Source of the DNA: a bacterium GBS-1
GTDB taxonomy: Bacteria > Synergistota > GBS-1
Length of the DNA: 64,000 bases
NCBI GenBank assembly: GCA_001443005.1
Contig: LEKQ01000001.1
Span: 142,792 to 206,791 of the forward strand
Direction: 5' to 3'
Made by a program: the position numbers and the translations under genes. Every line of letters starts with the position of its first letter. Position 1 is the first letter of the stretch. Positions 19,041 through 28,445 of the stretch are shown piece after piece. The notes under the pieces are model-generated. The model saw nothing but the letters and a program-made list of their open reading frames with translations. It was not told the DNA's origin and searched no databases.

Positions 19041-19966
19041 AAAAAATAGCTATTATCGGTGCAGGGGCTATGGGAAGCTTATATGGAGCCTGCCTATCCA
19101 AGACAGCTGAAGTCTACCTCATTGACATATGGGAAGAGCACATCAAGAAGATAAACGAAGAGGGGCTAAAGGTTGAATGGATTGATGGAACCGAAAGAGT
19201 CTTTAAATTGAAAGCCTTTAAGGATCCAAAGAAGTGTGGAAAAGTTGACCTCGTAGTGATATTCGTTAAATCCTATGCAACCGAGGAAGCGACAAAATCC
19301 TCCCTTTCACTTACGGGTGAAGAGACTCTTTTCCTCACGCTTCAAAATGGCCTAGGTAATGCTGAAAGGATAGCATCCATAGTGGGAAAAGATAGGGTTC
19401 TTTGCGGAACCACCACCTTTGGAGCTACTTTTTTAGGTCCCGGTAAGGTTAGATTTGCAGGTTCAGGTGAAACCACATTTGGCCCCTTAGGCAATATTGG
19501 GGACAAAGAGCTACTATCAATCAAAGAACTTCTTGAGAAAGCAGGATTAAACCCCTCTTTAACACACGATCCCTTAAAGAACATATGGCGCAAACTGATA
19601 ATTAACATCGGGATAAATCCTATAACAGCTATCGCAAGGGTGTTAAATGGCCGAATTCCCACAGATCCAAACTTAAGACAGCTTAGCGAACTTCTCGTAG
19701 AGGAAGCTTGCCTAGTCGCAAAAGCAGAGGGTTACAACTTTGACATTGAGGAGATGAAAAGAGTTGTTCTTGAAGTAGCTGAAAAAACAGGGAGAAACCG
19801 CTCCTCAATGCTTCAGGACGTCTTGAACCGCAGAAAGACAGAGATAGATTCGATAAATGGCGAAGTCGTTTCCCGGGGAAAAAAGCTAAAGATACCTGTA
19901 GGAGGAAATGAAGCTATAACCCTCTTGATCAAGTTTATAGAAAGCGGAGGAGGGGATATTACCTGA
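19037..19966 (+). CDS. panE: 2-dehydropantoate 2-reductase
   Basis: MKKIAIIGAGAMGSLYG Rossmann N-terminus and ApbA/PanE family C-terminus. Confidence 0.85.
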   Translation: MKKIAIIGAGAMGSLYGACLSKTAEVYLIDIWEEHIKKINEEGLKVEWIDGTERVFKLKAFKDPKKCGKVDLVVIFVKSYATEEATKSSLSLTGEETLFLTLQNGLGNAERIASIVGKDRVLCGTTTFGATFLGPGKVRFAGSGETTFGPLGNIGDKELLSIKELLEKAGLNPSLTHDPLKNIWRKLIINIGINPITAIARVLNGRIPTDPNLRQLSELLVEEACLVAKAEGYNFDIEEMKRVVLEVAEKTGRNRSSMLQDVLNRRKTEIDSINGEVVSRGKKLKIPVGGNEAITLLIKFIESGGGDIT

Positions 19967-21725
19967 TACGGACATCTAAGCGAGGATAGGGGATCTCTAT
20001 CCCCTCCTCCTTTAATCTATACCATAGGCTGAAGTTCAAATCTGACCGCACCTTTAAAAGATTGCTTTTACTTTGATCTACCCAAAAGTAAAGATCAAAT
20101 AGGAGAGCGCTTTCCCCCATCTCTCTGAATATAACCATAGGTTCAGGAGCAGTGAGAACTTCGCTATGCTTACGGACCTCATCTAACATGACTTTTTCTA
20201 CCACTCTTGGATCCGAATCATAAGAAACACCTATGGTTATTTTGCTTCGAACGATGGGATCTGATTTAGTCCAATTCATAACCATATTTGAGGCTAAAAG
20301 AGAAGAAGGAAGTACAACTTCCGTTCCATCGAAGGTCCTCAACGTAACACATCTATAATCGATTTTAACAATCCTCCCTGTAATAGGAGAACTACTATTT
20401 ATCTCAAGGGAGATTATGTCATTCTGTTTAAAATGTCCTTCCATAAATATTAATATTCCTCCAACGATATTCCTTGCCAAATCTTGAAGTCCCAATCCCA
20501 AACCTATGCCTAAGGTTCCCGCAAATACGGCAAGTATAGATGATCCGACCCCTAATATCCTCAAAGCTATCAATAAACCCACTATAGTTACAAGATAAAA
20601 TATCACCTTTGAAAACAATCTTCTTAACTCAAGGGCCCTAACAATTACATGCCCCTTATTTTCAATAAGCTTTCGTAACACTGAAGCAGTTAAGTAGAAG
20701 AAAACCATTATCATAATAGCGTTTATTATCTGAAGAAGATGAATCCAAGAACCTCCTATTAAGGCTATTGGAAAGCTGAGCCAGGACAAAACTAAACCAT
20801 ATACGCCTAAGAGCTTAAGTATAACTACAAAGCTTATAAGGATCTCAAGAAATATCCACAAAAGACGTAAATCATTACTAACATAAACCAACCCTTCCTT
20901 TTTCCCAAGCTCTGCTACAATGAACTGATGAACAAAAGAAATAGCTACGATAAAGCACATAACACCTACTGCTCTCCAAAAGAGCATCTTGGAAAGCGAT
21001 TCATAACCTAATATCCAAAGAATCCCAACCAAAATAGCAAAGCCCACCAGAACGAAGTAAAACTTTTCCAGAGCATGCTTAACTTTCTTATATGGACCAA
21101 AGTTAATATCAGGCAAGAGAGAAAGAATAATGTCTTTACGAAATAGGATCTGAACGATCGCCCAAAATATAGATAGCTTCAGTGCTAAATACAAAATCGC
21201 CTCAACGGAGCAACTCAACTTCAGATCTCTCACCACAACTAAGGGAAAGCTTATAAACAAAACAGGCCTCAGAACTTTATTCAGCCATAAAGACAGAGTG
21301 CGGTATTTAATCTCTATCCTAGAGCTTAAGAAAAGAATTAAACGATAAAGAAATAGGACAAGCAAAACATCCCCTATAGCTAAAGCAATAGGGTTTGAGT
21401 AACCGATTACACGAAGAATCAAGAAAGCTACACCTGCTAAAGAAGCAATCGGAAAGATCCTAGATAAAAAGAGGTACTTCTCACGTAAAAGAGGCTTGAT
21501 CTTAAAAAGAGAAAAAACATAGATAACCACTAATAGAGTGAAAAATAAGGTTAAAGAATATAGTTCTTTCCCCTCAAGGGAAGAGACCAAGTCTGTAAAA
21601 GCCTTCTTTATTTCTTCAGGAACGTTAGACATCCTCAAAAAAACCTCTCCCATAACTCTTGACCCATAATCAGATTTATAAAAATCTATTGAATCTCTGA
21701 GTTTTATTATATCATGAACTTTCAA
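19959..21725 (-). CDS. mechanosensitive ion channel (MscS family) with extended N-terminal TM region
   Basis: Multiple TM helices followed by an MscS beta-domain (GRIVKIDYRCVTLRTFDGTEVVLPSS). Confidence 0.8.
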   Translation of the reverse strand: MKVHDIIKLRDSIDFYKSDYGSRVMGEVFLRMSNVPEEIKKAFTDLVSSLEGKELYSLTLFFTLLVVIYVFSLFKIKPLLREKYLFLSRIFPIASLAGVAFLILRVIGYSNPIALAIGDVLLVLFLYRLILFLSSRIEIKYRTLSLWLNKVLRPVLFISFPLVVVRDLKLSCSVEAILYLALKLSIFWAIVQILFRKDIILSLLPDINFGPYKKVKHALEKFYFVLVGFAILVGILWILGYESLSKMLFWRAVGVMCFIVAISFVHQFIVAELGKKEGLVYVSNDLRLLWIFLEILISFVVILKLLGVYGLVLSWLSFPIALIGGSWIHLLQIINAIMIMVFFYLTASVLRKLIENKGHVIVRALELRRLFSKVIFYLVTIVGLLIALRILGVGSSILAVFAGTLGIGLGLGLQDLARNIVGGILIFMEGHFKQNDIISLEINSSSPITGRIVKIDYRCVTLRTFDGTEVVLPSSLLASNMVMNWTKSDPIVRSKITIGVSYDSDPRVVEKVMLDEVRKHSEVLTAPEPMVIFREMGESALLFDLYFWVDQSKSNLLKVRSDLNFSLWYRLKEEGIEIPYPRLDVRIR

Positions 21726-21864
21726 AAAGATGCTTTAACAGAAAAGAAAGCTCTCATCTTCATATCACCCTAGCAAGAGAGTATTGACAAAAACAAAAAC
21801 ATGTGTCATCATTTTTTATAGTATAAGGGCGGGAATATGCACTTTTTAAAAGGAGGGGTTGTGC

Positions 21865-22125
21865 ATGGAAGTTTTGAAGGTTTCGGCTCAGTCTAGACCT
21901 AAATCAGTTGCGGGTGCTTTGGCTGCGGTTTTAAGGGAGAAGGGATGTGCGGAGCTTCAAGCCATAGGGGCGGGCGCTGTAAACCAAGCTGTTAAAGCAA
22001 TAGCTATTGCAAGAGGTTATGTAGCTCCTAATGGAATTGACATAGTATGCATTCCCGCTTTTACAAAGGTTGAAATTGAGGGAGAGGAAAGAACTGCAAT
22101 TAAGTTCGTGGTGGAATCCCGCTAA
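21865..22125 (+). CDS. spoVS: SpoVS-family protein (stage V sporulation protein S homologue)
   Basis: MEVLKVSAQSRPKSVAGALAAVLREKG...AIGAGAVNQAVKAIAIARGY matches SpoVS nearly end to end. ATG at 21865 with AGGAGGGG SD. Confidence 0.9.
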   Translation: MEVLKVSAQSRPKSVAGALAAVLREKGCAELQAIGAGAVNQAVKAIAIARGYVAPNGIDIVCIPAFTKVEIEGEERTAIKFVVESR

Positions 22126-22168
22126 GTTAATCCCCGCCCAAGGAGGTTTTCTCCTAATACTGAGAGCT

Positions 22169-22210
22169 GAACCTGCTTGCCTAAATAAGAGGGCAAGCAG
22201 GTTCTTTTTC
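22169..22210 (+). terminator. rho-independent terminator after spoVS
   Basis: Perfect 13-bp stem GAACCTGCTTGCC / GGCAAGCAGGTTC with a 10-nt loop, followed by TTTTTCGGCTTTTT. Confidence 0.8.
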
Positions 22211-22237
22211 GGCTTTTTAAGGAAAGGGGGAAGAAGC

Positions 22238-23500
22238 ATGGAAATAACTGCTCCACGAGGAGTGAGAGATATACTACCGGGTGAAACTGAAAAATGGAGA
22301 TTTGTTGAAGGTGTAGCTTATAACCTTGCTAAAAGGTATAATTATAGAGAGATAATAATCCCTATCTTTGAACATACAGAGCTATTCTCAAGAGGTATAG
22401 GAGAAGCCACAGACATAGTCAGTAAAGAAATGTACACCTTCGAAGATAGGGGAGGAAGAAGTTTAACTCTAAGGCCGGAAGCAACCGCATCTATAGTGAG
22501 AGCTTATTTAGAACACCATTTTGAGCAAAAGCCCCAACCTCAGAAATTTTACTTTTTCGGTCCTATGTTCAGGTATGAAAGACCACAAGCTGGAAGATAT
22601 AGACAGTTTTGGCAAATAGACTTCGAAGCCCTGGGATCTCCAGATCCTCTTTTGGATGTTGAAGTGATAGCCTTAGCTTGGGATTTAATGTTTTCCCTAG
22701 GAATAAAGAACTTGGAGATCCAGATAAATAGCATCGGATGCCCTAAATGCAAGGAAGGCTATAAAATCGCTCTGAAAGAATACCTTGCGGATAAACTAAA
22801 CCTTCTTTGTGAAGACTGTCAAAGAAGATATGAAACAAATGTCCTGAGGATCCTGGATTGCAAGAGGGAAAGCTGTAGATCCATAGTGGAAGGTGCTCCA
22901 AAAATCACAGATTATTTATGTGCTGATTGTAAAAATCACTTTGAAGAGGTAAAAGAAGGGTTAGATCTTCTGTCTTTACCGTACATTTTAAATCCTTATC
23001 TTGTAAGAGGCTTAGACTACTACACTAGAACAACCTTTGAGATAATATCCTATAAATTAGGAGCTCAAAATGCTTTATGTGGCGGAGGGAGATATGATCT
23101 ACTCGCCTTTGAAATAGGCGGTTCTATGGTTCCTGGCGTGGGATTTGCAGCAGGTTTAGAAAGGATAGTGATGGTTCTCGAAGAAGAAGGTTTACTCCAA
23201 GACACAGAAAAGGGTATAGATATATTCATCGTTTCAATAGGAGAAGAAGCTAAAAAGCAAGCCTTTAAGCTTCTGCATATATTAAGAAGAGAGGGAATAT
23301 CTGCAGATATGGATTATACCAATAAGAACTTAAAAGCCCAGATGAAAATCGCAAACCAAAAGAAAGCAGCAAAGGTGCTTATAATTGGTGAAGATGAACT
23401 TTCGGTCGGAATGGTAAAAATTAGAGATATGGATAGTGGTAAACAGGAGGAAGTTTCCTTAAGCGACGTTCTCTCTTATCTTAGGAGGTGGAAAAAATAA
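22238..23500 (+). CDS. hisS: histidine--tRNA ligase
   Basis: ATG at 22238 with GGAAAGGGGGAAG SD. Class II aaRS motifs and HisRS anticodon-binding C-terminus. The upstream part of track ORF 22070 covers the terminator and is not coding. Confidence 0.9.
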   Translation: MEITAPRGVRDILPGETEKWRFVEGVAYNLAKRYNYREIIIPIFEHTELFSRGIGEATDIVSKEMYTFEDRGGRSLTLRPEATASIVRAYLEHHFEQKPQPQKFYFFGPMFRYERPQAGRYRQFWQIDFEALGSPDPLLDVEVIALAWDLMFSLGIKNLEIQINSIGCPKCKEGYKIALKEYLADKLNLLCEDCQRRYETNVLRILDCKRESCRSIVEGAPKITDYLCADCKNHFEEVKEGLDLLSLPYILNPYLVRGLDYYTRTTFEIISYKLGAQNALCGGGRYDLLAFEIGGSMVPGVGFAAGLERIVMVLEEEGLLQDTEKGIDIFIVSIGEEAKKQAFKLLHILRREGISADMDYTNKNLKAQMKIANQKKAAKVLIIGEDELSVGMVKIRDMDSGKQEEVSLSDVLSYLRRWKK

Positions 23501-25275
23501 TGGAGCTCCTAGGAGATTGGAAAAGGACAAATTACTGTGGTGAACTCTCTGAAATAGATATAGGGAAAAAAGTAACCCTTATGGGTTGGGTAAACAGAGA
23601 GCGAGATCATGGTGGACTTACCTTCATAGATATTCGAGATAGGACTGGTATTGTTCAGCTCGTATTTGGTCCAGAAATAAACCCAAGAGCTCATGAAAAG
23701 GCGAAGAAAGTCCGTTCAGAATACGTTATAGCCATAAGAGGAGAGGTAAAAAGAAGGCCACCTGGAACGGAAAACCAAGCTTTAAAAACCGGAAATATAG
23801 AAGTCTGGTGCGAAGAAATTAAGATACTAAACGAGTCTTTGCCCCCTCCCTTCCCTATAGATGACGACTCTTACATTGAAGAAAACGTTAGACTAAAATA
23901 TAGATATCTTGATCTAAGGAGACCCAAGATGCAAAGAAACATCATCCTTAGGCATAAAGCAGCATTATGGGTAAGAAACTTTCTATCCTCTGAAGGCTTT
24001 CTTGAAATAGAAACTCCTTTCTTAACCAAGAGCACTCCGGAAGGAGCGAGGGACTATCTTGTTCCAAGCAGGGTTAACCCGGGATGCTTTTACGCCTTAC
24101 CCCAATCTCCTCAGCTATTTAAGCAAATCTTCATGATATCTGGTTTTGATAGATACTTCCAAATAGTCAGGTGCTTTAGAGATGAAGACCTAAGGGCAGA
24201 TAGGCAACCTGAGTTCACGCAGATAGATATGGAGATGAGCTTCCCTCATGAAGAGGATATATTCAATATAAGCGAGAGGCTAATCGCTGGCCTATTTACC
24301 GAGCTTCTTGGCATAGAGATTAAAACCCCTTTCCCTAGGCTAACTTACCAAGAAGCAATGCTTAGATATGGAAGCGATAAACCAGACCTAAGGTTCGGTT
24401 TAGAGATACAAGATATAACCGACATCTTCAGAAGTACAAATGTAAAGGTATTTAGGGAAATTATAGATAGGGGAGGAAGAATAAGAGCGATAAGGATACC
24501 CGAAGGACATAAGCTATCCCGCAAGGATTTTGATGATCTAACCGAAGTAGCTAAGACCTTTGGAGCAAAAGGGCTCACATGGTTTACCCTTACCTCAGAG
24601 GGAGTGAAATCTCCTCTAGCTAAGTTCTTAGGACAAGACGAGCTAGCAAAACTGAAGGAAGCCCTTCTCTCAAAAGAGGGAGACTTAATACTTGTGGGAG
24701 CCGATGAGAACGAGGAAAAGCTCGCAGAATTTATGGGAAGAGTTAGATTAGCCCTTCCGGAAAAGCTTGGCATAAAACTTGAAGGGTATAAGTTCTTATG
24801 GATAGTGGACTTCCCGCTACTTCAGTGGAACGAAGAAGAAGGAAGATACGAAGCAGTTCACCATCCCTTTACATCTCCAAAGGAGGAGGATATACCCTTG
24901 CTCGATACCGAACCGCTTAAGGTAAGAGCAAGGGCATATGACATGGTGCTTAACGGAATAGAGCTCGGAGGGGGAAGCATAAGAATACACAACAAAGATC
25001 TTCAGGCTAAGATTTTCAAACTACTAAACATTAGTGAGGAAGATGCCAAACAAAAGTTTGGATTTCTCTTAGATGCTCTCTCCTATGGGGCTCCACCTCA
25101 TGGGGGTATAGCCTTTGGATTTGATAGAATCATCATGCTTCTAGCGGGAGAGAGTAGCATTAGAGACGTAATAGCTTTTCCAAAAACGCAAAAAGCCGTC
25201 TGTTTAATGACAGGAGCTCCGTCACCGGTCACTCCAAAACAGCTTAAGGAGCTCCACATAGAGGTGAAGATATAG
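23500..25275 (+). CDS. aspS: aspartate--tRNA ligase
   Basis: OB-fold N-terminus, FRDEDLRADRQPEFTQIDME motif and GGGSIRIH motif 3. Its ATG overlaps the hisS TAA (TAATG). Confidence 0.95.
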   Translation: MELLGDWKRTNYCGELSEIDIGKKVTLMGWVNRERDHGGLTFIDIRDRTGIVQLVFGPEINPRAHEKAKKVRSEYVIAIRGEVKRRPPGTENQALKTGNIEVWCEEIKILNESLPPPFPIDDDSYIEENVRLKYRYLDLRRPKMQRNIILRHKAALWVRNFLSSEGFLEIETPFLTKSTPEGARDYLVPSRVNPGCFYALPQSPQLFKQIFMISGFDRYFQIVRCFRDEDLRADRQPEFTQIDMEMSFPHEEDIFNISERLIAGLFTELLGIEIKTPFPRLTYQEAMLRYGSDKPDLRFGLEIQDITDIFRSTNVKVFREIIDRGGRIRAIRIPEGHKLSRKDFDDLTEVAKTFGAKGLTWFTLTSEGVKSPLAKFLGQDELAKLKEALLSKEGDLILVGADENEEKLAEFMGRVRLALPEKLGIKLEGYKFLWIVDFPLLQWNEEEGRYEAVHHPFTSPKEEDIPLLDTEPLKVRARAYDMVLNGIELGGGSIRIHNKDLQAKIFKLLNISEEDAKQKFGFLLDALSYGAPPHGGIAFGFDRIIMLLAGESSIRDVIAFPKTQKAVCLMTGAPSPVTPKQLKELHIEVKI

Positions 25276-25632
25276 CTGGCGATAATAGGCATAGGAGTAG
25301 ACATAATTCGAATCAGTAGATTCAAAAGCTTAAGCGAAAAGGTGTTAGAAAGAATTTTTACTGCTGAAGAAAGAGGTATATTTATGCAGAAAAGGATAGA
25401 AAGCCTAGCTGCAAACTTCGCCGCTAAGGAAGCTTTAATCAAAGCGATGGGTAAGCTATTTAGTTGGAAAGAGATAGAAGTCCTTAGAGACCGTGAAGGA
25501 AAACCTTACTTAAGATTAAGCGGAAAGACCCTAAAATTTATAAAGGATAAAGGTATTGGGAATATTCATCTTTCCTTATCACATGAGGGAGAATATGCTA
25601 TTGCCTTCCTCATACTGGAAGGAGGATTATAA
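25276..25632 (+). CDS. acpS: holo-[acyl-carrier-protein] synthase; apparent CTG start directly after aspS stop, same frame
   Basis: The conserved N-terminus (M)AIIGIGVDIIRISRF precedes the first ATG. CTG at 25276 has GAGGTGAAG 9 nt upstream. Confidence 0.75.
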   Translation: MAIIGIGVDIIRISRFKSLSEKVLERIFTAEERGIFMQKRIESLAANFAAKEALIKAMGKLFSWKEIEVLRDREGKPYLRLSGKTLKFIKDKGIGNIHLSLSHEGEYAIAFLILEGGL

Positions 25633-27174
25633 ATGAAACTGGTAACTGCAGATGAAATGAGAGAGATAGATAGATATGCTATAGAAGAGCTTGGTATTCC
25701 AAGCATTGTGCTTATGGAAAACGCTGGACTCAGAACCCTAATAGGAATGATGGAAGCAATCCCAAACCTTCTAGATAAAAGAACCTTAGTGGTAGCAGGT
25801 AAGGGAAATAACGCAGGAGACGGTTTTGTCGTTGCCAGACACCTATTTAACTCTGGAGGAACAGTTAGAATAGCCCTTTGCTCACCTTCCTCGGAAATAA
25901 AAGGTGATGCCAAAGTAAACTTAGAGATCGCAAGGAAAACTGGCATTGATGTGTTTGAAGTAAGCGATGTAGAGAAGCTAAGGGATCTATTAGCTTGGAG
26001 TGACATAATTGTAGATGCGATCTTAGGAACCGGAATAAAAGGCAGGGTTGAAGGGTTCTTAGGCGAGGTCATAGAAGAGGTCAATCTCTCAAGAAAACCC
26101 GTAGTAGCTATAGATTTACCGTCAGGACTTGAAGCTTCCACAGGGAAGGTCTACGGCCCTTGTATTAAGGCTAACTGGACATTCACTATGTGCTTACCTA
26201 AGCTTGGGCTCTGGCTCTACCCAGGAGCCTACTATACCGGTAAAATCTTCGTGGTCGATATAGGCATACCCTCCTGGGTCTGGGAGGAAAAGTTCAATAT
26301 TAAAAGAGAATTATTGACCATTCCTTATGTAAAAAGCATTTTTCCTTCCAAGAGAGACCCCCAATCGCACAAGGGAGATTTTGGCAGGGTACTTATTATC
26401 GCAGGATCGCGGGGATTCACAGGAGCAGCAGCTTTAACCTCATTGGGAGCCCTGAGAATTGGCGCAGGCTTGGTTTATTTAGCTGTACCTGAATCTCTAA
26501 TCGATATATTAGAGGCAAAGCTAACAGAAGTTATAAAGATCCCTGTTTCAGAAAGCGATGGGGCTTTCGATATAAAATCTTTCTTGGATCTTAAGGAGCA
26601 CATCGAGAGGAGTGATGTCGTCGTCCTTGGCCCTGGAATAGGAACATCACTGCCAACAAAGGTCTTCGTTCATGAACTTTTAGAAAAAATAGACAAACCA
26701 ATAGTTATAGACGCTGACGGATTAAACTGCCTTTTGGGAAACCTTGACCTTCTTAAAAAGTATAAAGGAAGCATTGTAATAACACCTCACCCTGGAGAGA
26801 TGGCAAGATTAATGGGAATAAAAACCTCAGAAGTTCAAGAAAATAGACTTGACATAGCAGAAAGATTTTCATCTGAGTACAATGTCACACTAGTCCTTAA
26901 GGGAGCAAGAACCATAATATCATCGCCAGATGGTAGAACTTACATAAACCCAACAGGTAACCCTGGTATGGCTACAGGAGGAACGGGGGACGTCCTAACA
27001 GGGATGATTGGAGGGTTAATGGCACAAGGATTAGATCCGGTAGAGGCAAGCTGCATAGCGGTCTTTTTGCACGGTTTAAGCGGTGACATAGTATCTTCCA
27101 AGAAGGGAGAACTTCCTCTAATCGCATCCGATTTACTAGACTTCATCTCAGAAGCTATTAGAGAGGTGTATTAA
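25633..27174 (+). CDS. nnr: bifunctional NAD(P)H-hydrate epimerase / ADP-dependent dehydratase
   Basis: YjeF N- and C-terminal domains (GKGNNAGDG; GDVLTGMIGGLMAQG). 513 aa. Confidence 0.9.
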   Translation: MKLVTADEMREIDRYAIEELGIPSIVLMENAGLRTLIGMMEAIPNLLDKRTLVVAGKGNNAGDGFVVARHLFNSGGTVRIALCSPSSEIKGDAKVNLEIARKTGIDVFEVSDVEKLRDLLAWSDIIVDAILGTGIKGRVEGFLGEVIEEVNLSRKPVVAIDLPSGLEASTGKVYGPCIKANWTFTMCLPKLGLWLYPGAYYTGKIFVVDIGIPSWVWEEKFNIKRELLTIPYVKSIFPSKRDPQSHKGDFGRVLIIAGSRGFTGAAALTSLGALRIGAGLVYLAVPESLIDILEAKLTEVIKIPVSESDGAFDIKSFLDLKEHIERSDVVVLGPGIGTSLPTKVFVHELLEKIDKPIVIDADGLNCLLGNLDLLKKYKGSIVITPHPGEMARLMGIKTSEVQENRLDIAERFSSEYNVTLVLKGARTIISSPDGRTYINPTGNPGMATGGTGDVLTGMIGGLMAQGLDPVEASCIAVFLHGLSGDIVSSKKGELPLIASDLLDFISEAIREVY

Positions 27175-27224
27175 TCCTGAAGTGGGAAAAGAGAAAGCAC
27201 CGTTTAGAGGAAAGCAAAAAAAGA

Positions 27225-27407
27225 TTGAAAAACATCTATAAGAAGAACATCAAGATATACATAATGAGTCTTGTATTTATGACCTTAATGTTACTCTTAG
27301 CTAAAAGGCTAAATCCTGGTATAGACATAAGCAACCCAATTAAAGTTTTAATAGCTCTCATAGGAGGGTGGGTGATAATATTAGTTTTAACTTCGCTAAG
27401 AAAATAA
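27225..27407 (+). CDS. hypothetical small membrane protein
   Basis: 60-aa ORF with one hydrophobic helix. Weak SD and overlap with the tsaE start, so support is low. Confidence 0.25.
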   Translation: MKNIYKKNIKIYIMSLVFMTLMLLLAKRLNPGIDISNPIKVLIALIGGWVIILVLTSLRK

Positions 27408-27883
27408 AGGTTCACACTTGCTCTGAAAGGGAAACAGAGCACTTGGGAAATATAATAGCATCTTGTTTAGAAGGGAAAGAGATCATCTTTCTGATTGGAG
27501 ATTTGGGGAGTGGCAAAACGGTTCTTACAAGGGGTATAGCTATAGGAAGCGGAGTATATAAGAAGATAAGAAGCTCAAGTTTCGTTTTGTTAAGTCAATA
27601 CAAGGGAGAACGATTCCAAATTTACCACGTTGATCTATACAGAGCATCAAAAGAAGATCTCCTCGACATTGGTTTTGATGAGCTCGTCGATAACGGTATC
27701 ATCATAGTAGAGTGGGGAGACAAAGCAGGTGATCTATTAAAACCCTCTATCATGATCAGCATAGATATTTCCGGAGAAAGAGATAGAAACCTTATTATAG
27801 AAGGCGAGGACAGGATAATAAACTGTCTGGAGGGAAGGATAAGAAAGGATGCTCATCTTAGCGATAGATACATCTTGGTTTAA
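27368..27883 (+). CDS. tsaE: tRNA threonylcarbamoyladenosine biosynthesis protein TsaE (start uncertain)
   Basis: Walker A LIGDLGSGKT in the YjeE/TsaE family. GTG at 27368 abuts the AGGAGG, so the true start may be a few codons downstream. Confidence 0.8.
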   Translation: MGDNISFNFAKKIKVHTCSERETEHLGNIIASCLEGKEIIFLIGDLGSGKTVLTRGIAIGSGVYKKIRSSSFVLLSQYKGERFQIYHVDLYRASKEDLLDIGFDELVDNGIIIVEWGDKAGDLLKPSIMISIDISGERDRNLIIEGEDRIINCLEGRIRKDAHLSDRYILV

Positions 27884-28445
27884 AGGAGGAATAGGATTAT
27901 TTGAGGATGAAACCCCCCTCTTCTATATTACCTTCCCGGAAGAAAGAAAGCATGCTATTTATCTCCCTCTTTATGTTCAAAAGGTGTTAAACGAATCTGA
28001 AAAAAAATTGGAAGATATATCTCTGATATCTGTAGCCCTCGGTCCTGGTTCCTTTACTGGATTAAGGGTGGGAATATCCCTAAGTAAGGGGTTATCTTAT
28101 ACCTTAAACATACCTATTAAGGGTGTAGGGTCATTAGAAGCGATCGCTACTAATTTTAAAGGACAAAGAGTTTTACCTACAGTGAGGCTAAGAAAAGACT
28201 TTTACGTCGGCGCAATATTCGAAGGTGGGGTTCCTCCATATAGGCTCTCGGAAATTCTCTCGGGAAATCTCTCCTTCTTCAAAAACAAAGAGGGTGCCCT
28301 TTTAATATCAGAATCCGAACAAAATTACCCTTTCTTAATCCTTAGAGGAATTGCTAGGCTGAGTAAATATCTCTTTGAAATGAATGGAAGTGACAACCCA
28401 TTAACCTTATCCCCAATATATATCGGAGGAGGACAACCGACGTGA
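27849..28445 (+). CDS. tsaB: tRNA threonylcarbamoyladenosine biosynthesis protein TsaB
   Basis: MLILAIDTS... and GPGSFTGLRVGIS are the TsaB/YeaZ signature. Confidence 0.85.
   Translation: MLILAIDTSWFKGGIGLFEDETPLFYITFPEERKHAIYLPLYVQKVLNESEKKLEDISLISVALGPGSFTGLRVGISLSKGLSYTLNIPIKGVGSLEAIATNFKGQRVLPTVRLRKDFYVGAIFEGGVPPYRLSEILSGNLSFFKNKEGALLISESEQNYPFLILRGIARLSKYLFEMNGSDNPLTLSPIYIGGGQPT

Noticed and set aside
21784-21824. TTGACA hexamer upstream of spoVS as its -35 element
   Set aside because: Spacing to the nearest good -10 (TATAGT at 21817) is about 27 nt, which is too long. The true promoter is probably a different hexamer pair, so I did not annotate it as a feature.
22070-22237. N-terminal 56-codon extension of hisS in the ORF track
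   Set aside because: The extension would read through the spoVS terminator hairpin at 22169-22210. An ATG with SD at 22238 aligns with the conserved HisRS N-terminus.
25566-26141. 191-aa minus-strand ORF opposite nnr
   Set aside because: It is antisense to a confidently assigned YjeF-family gene, has no SD and shows a compositionally biased translation.
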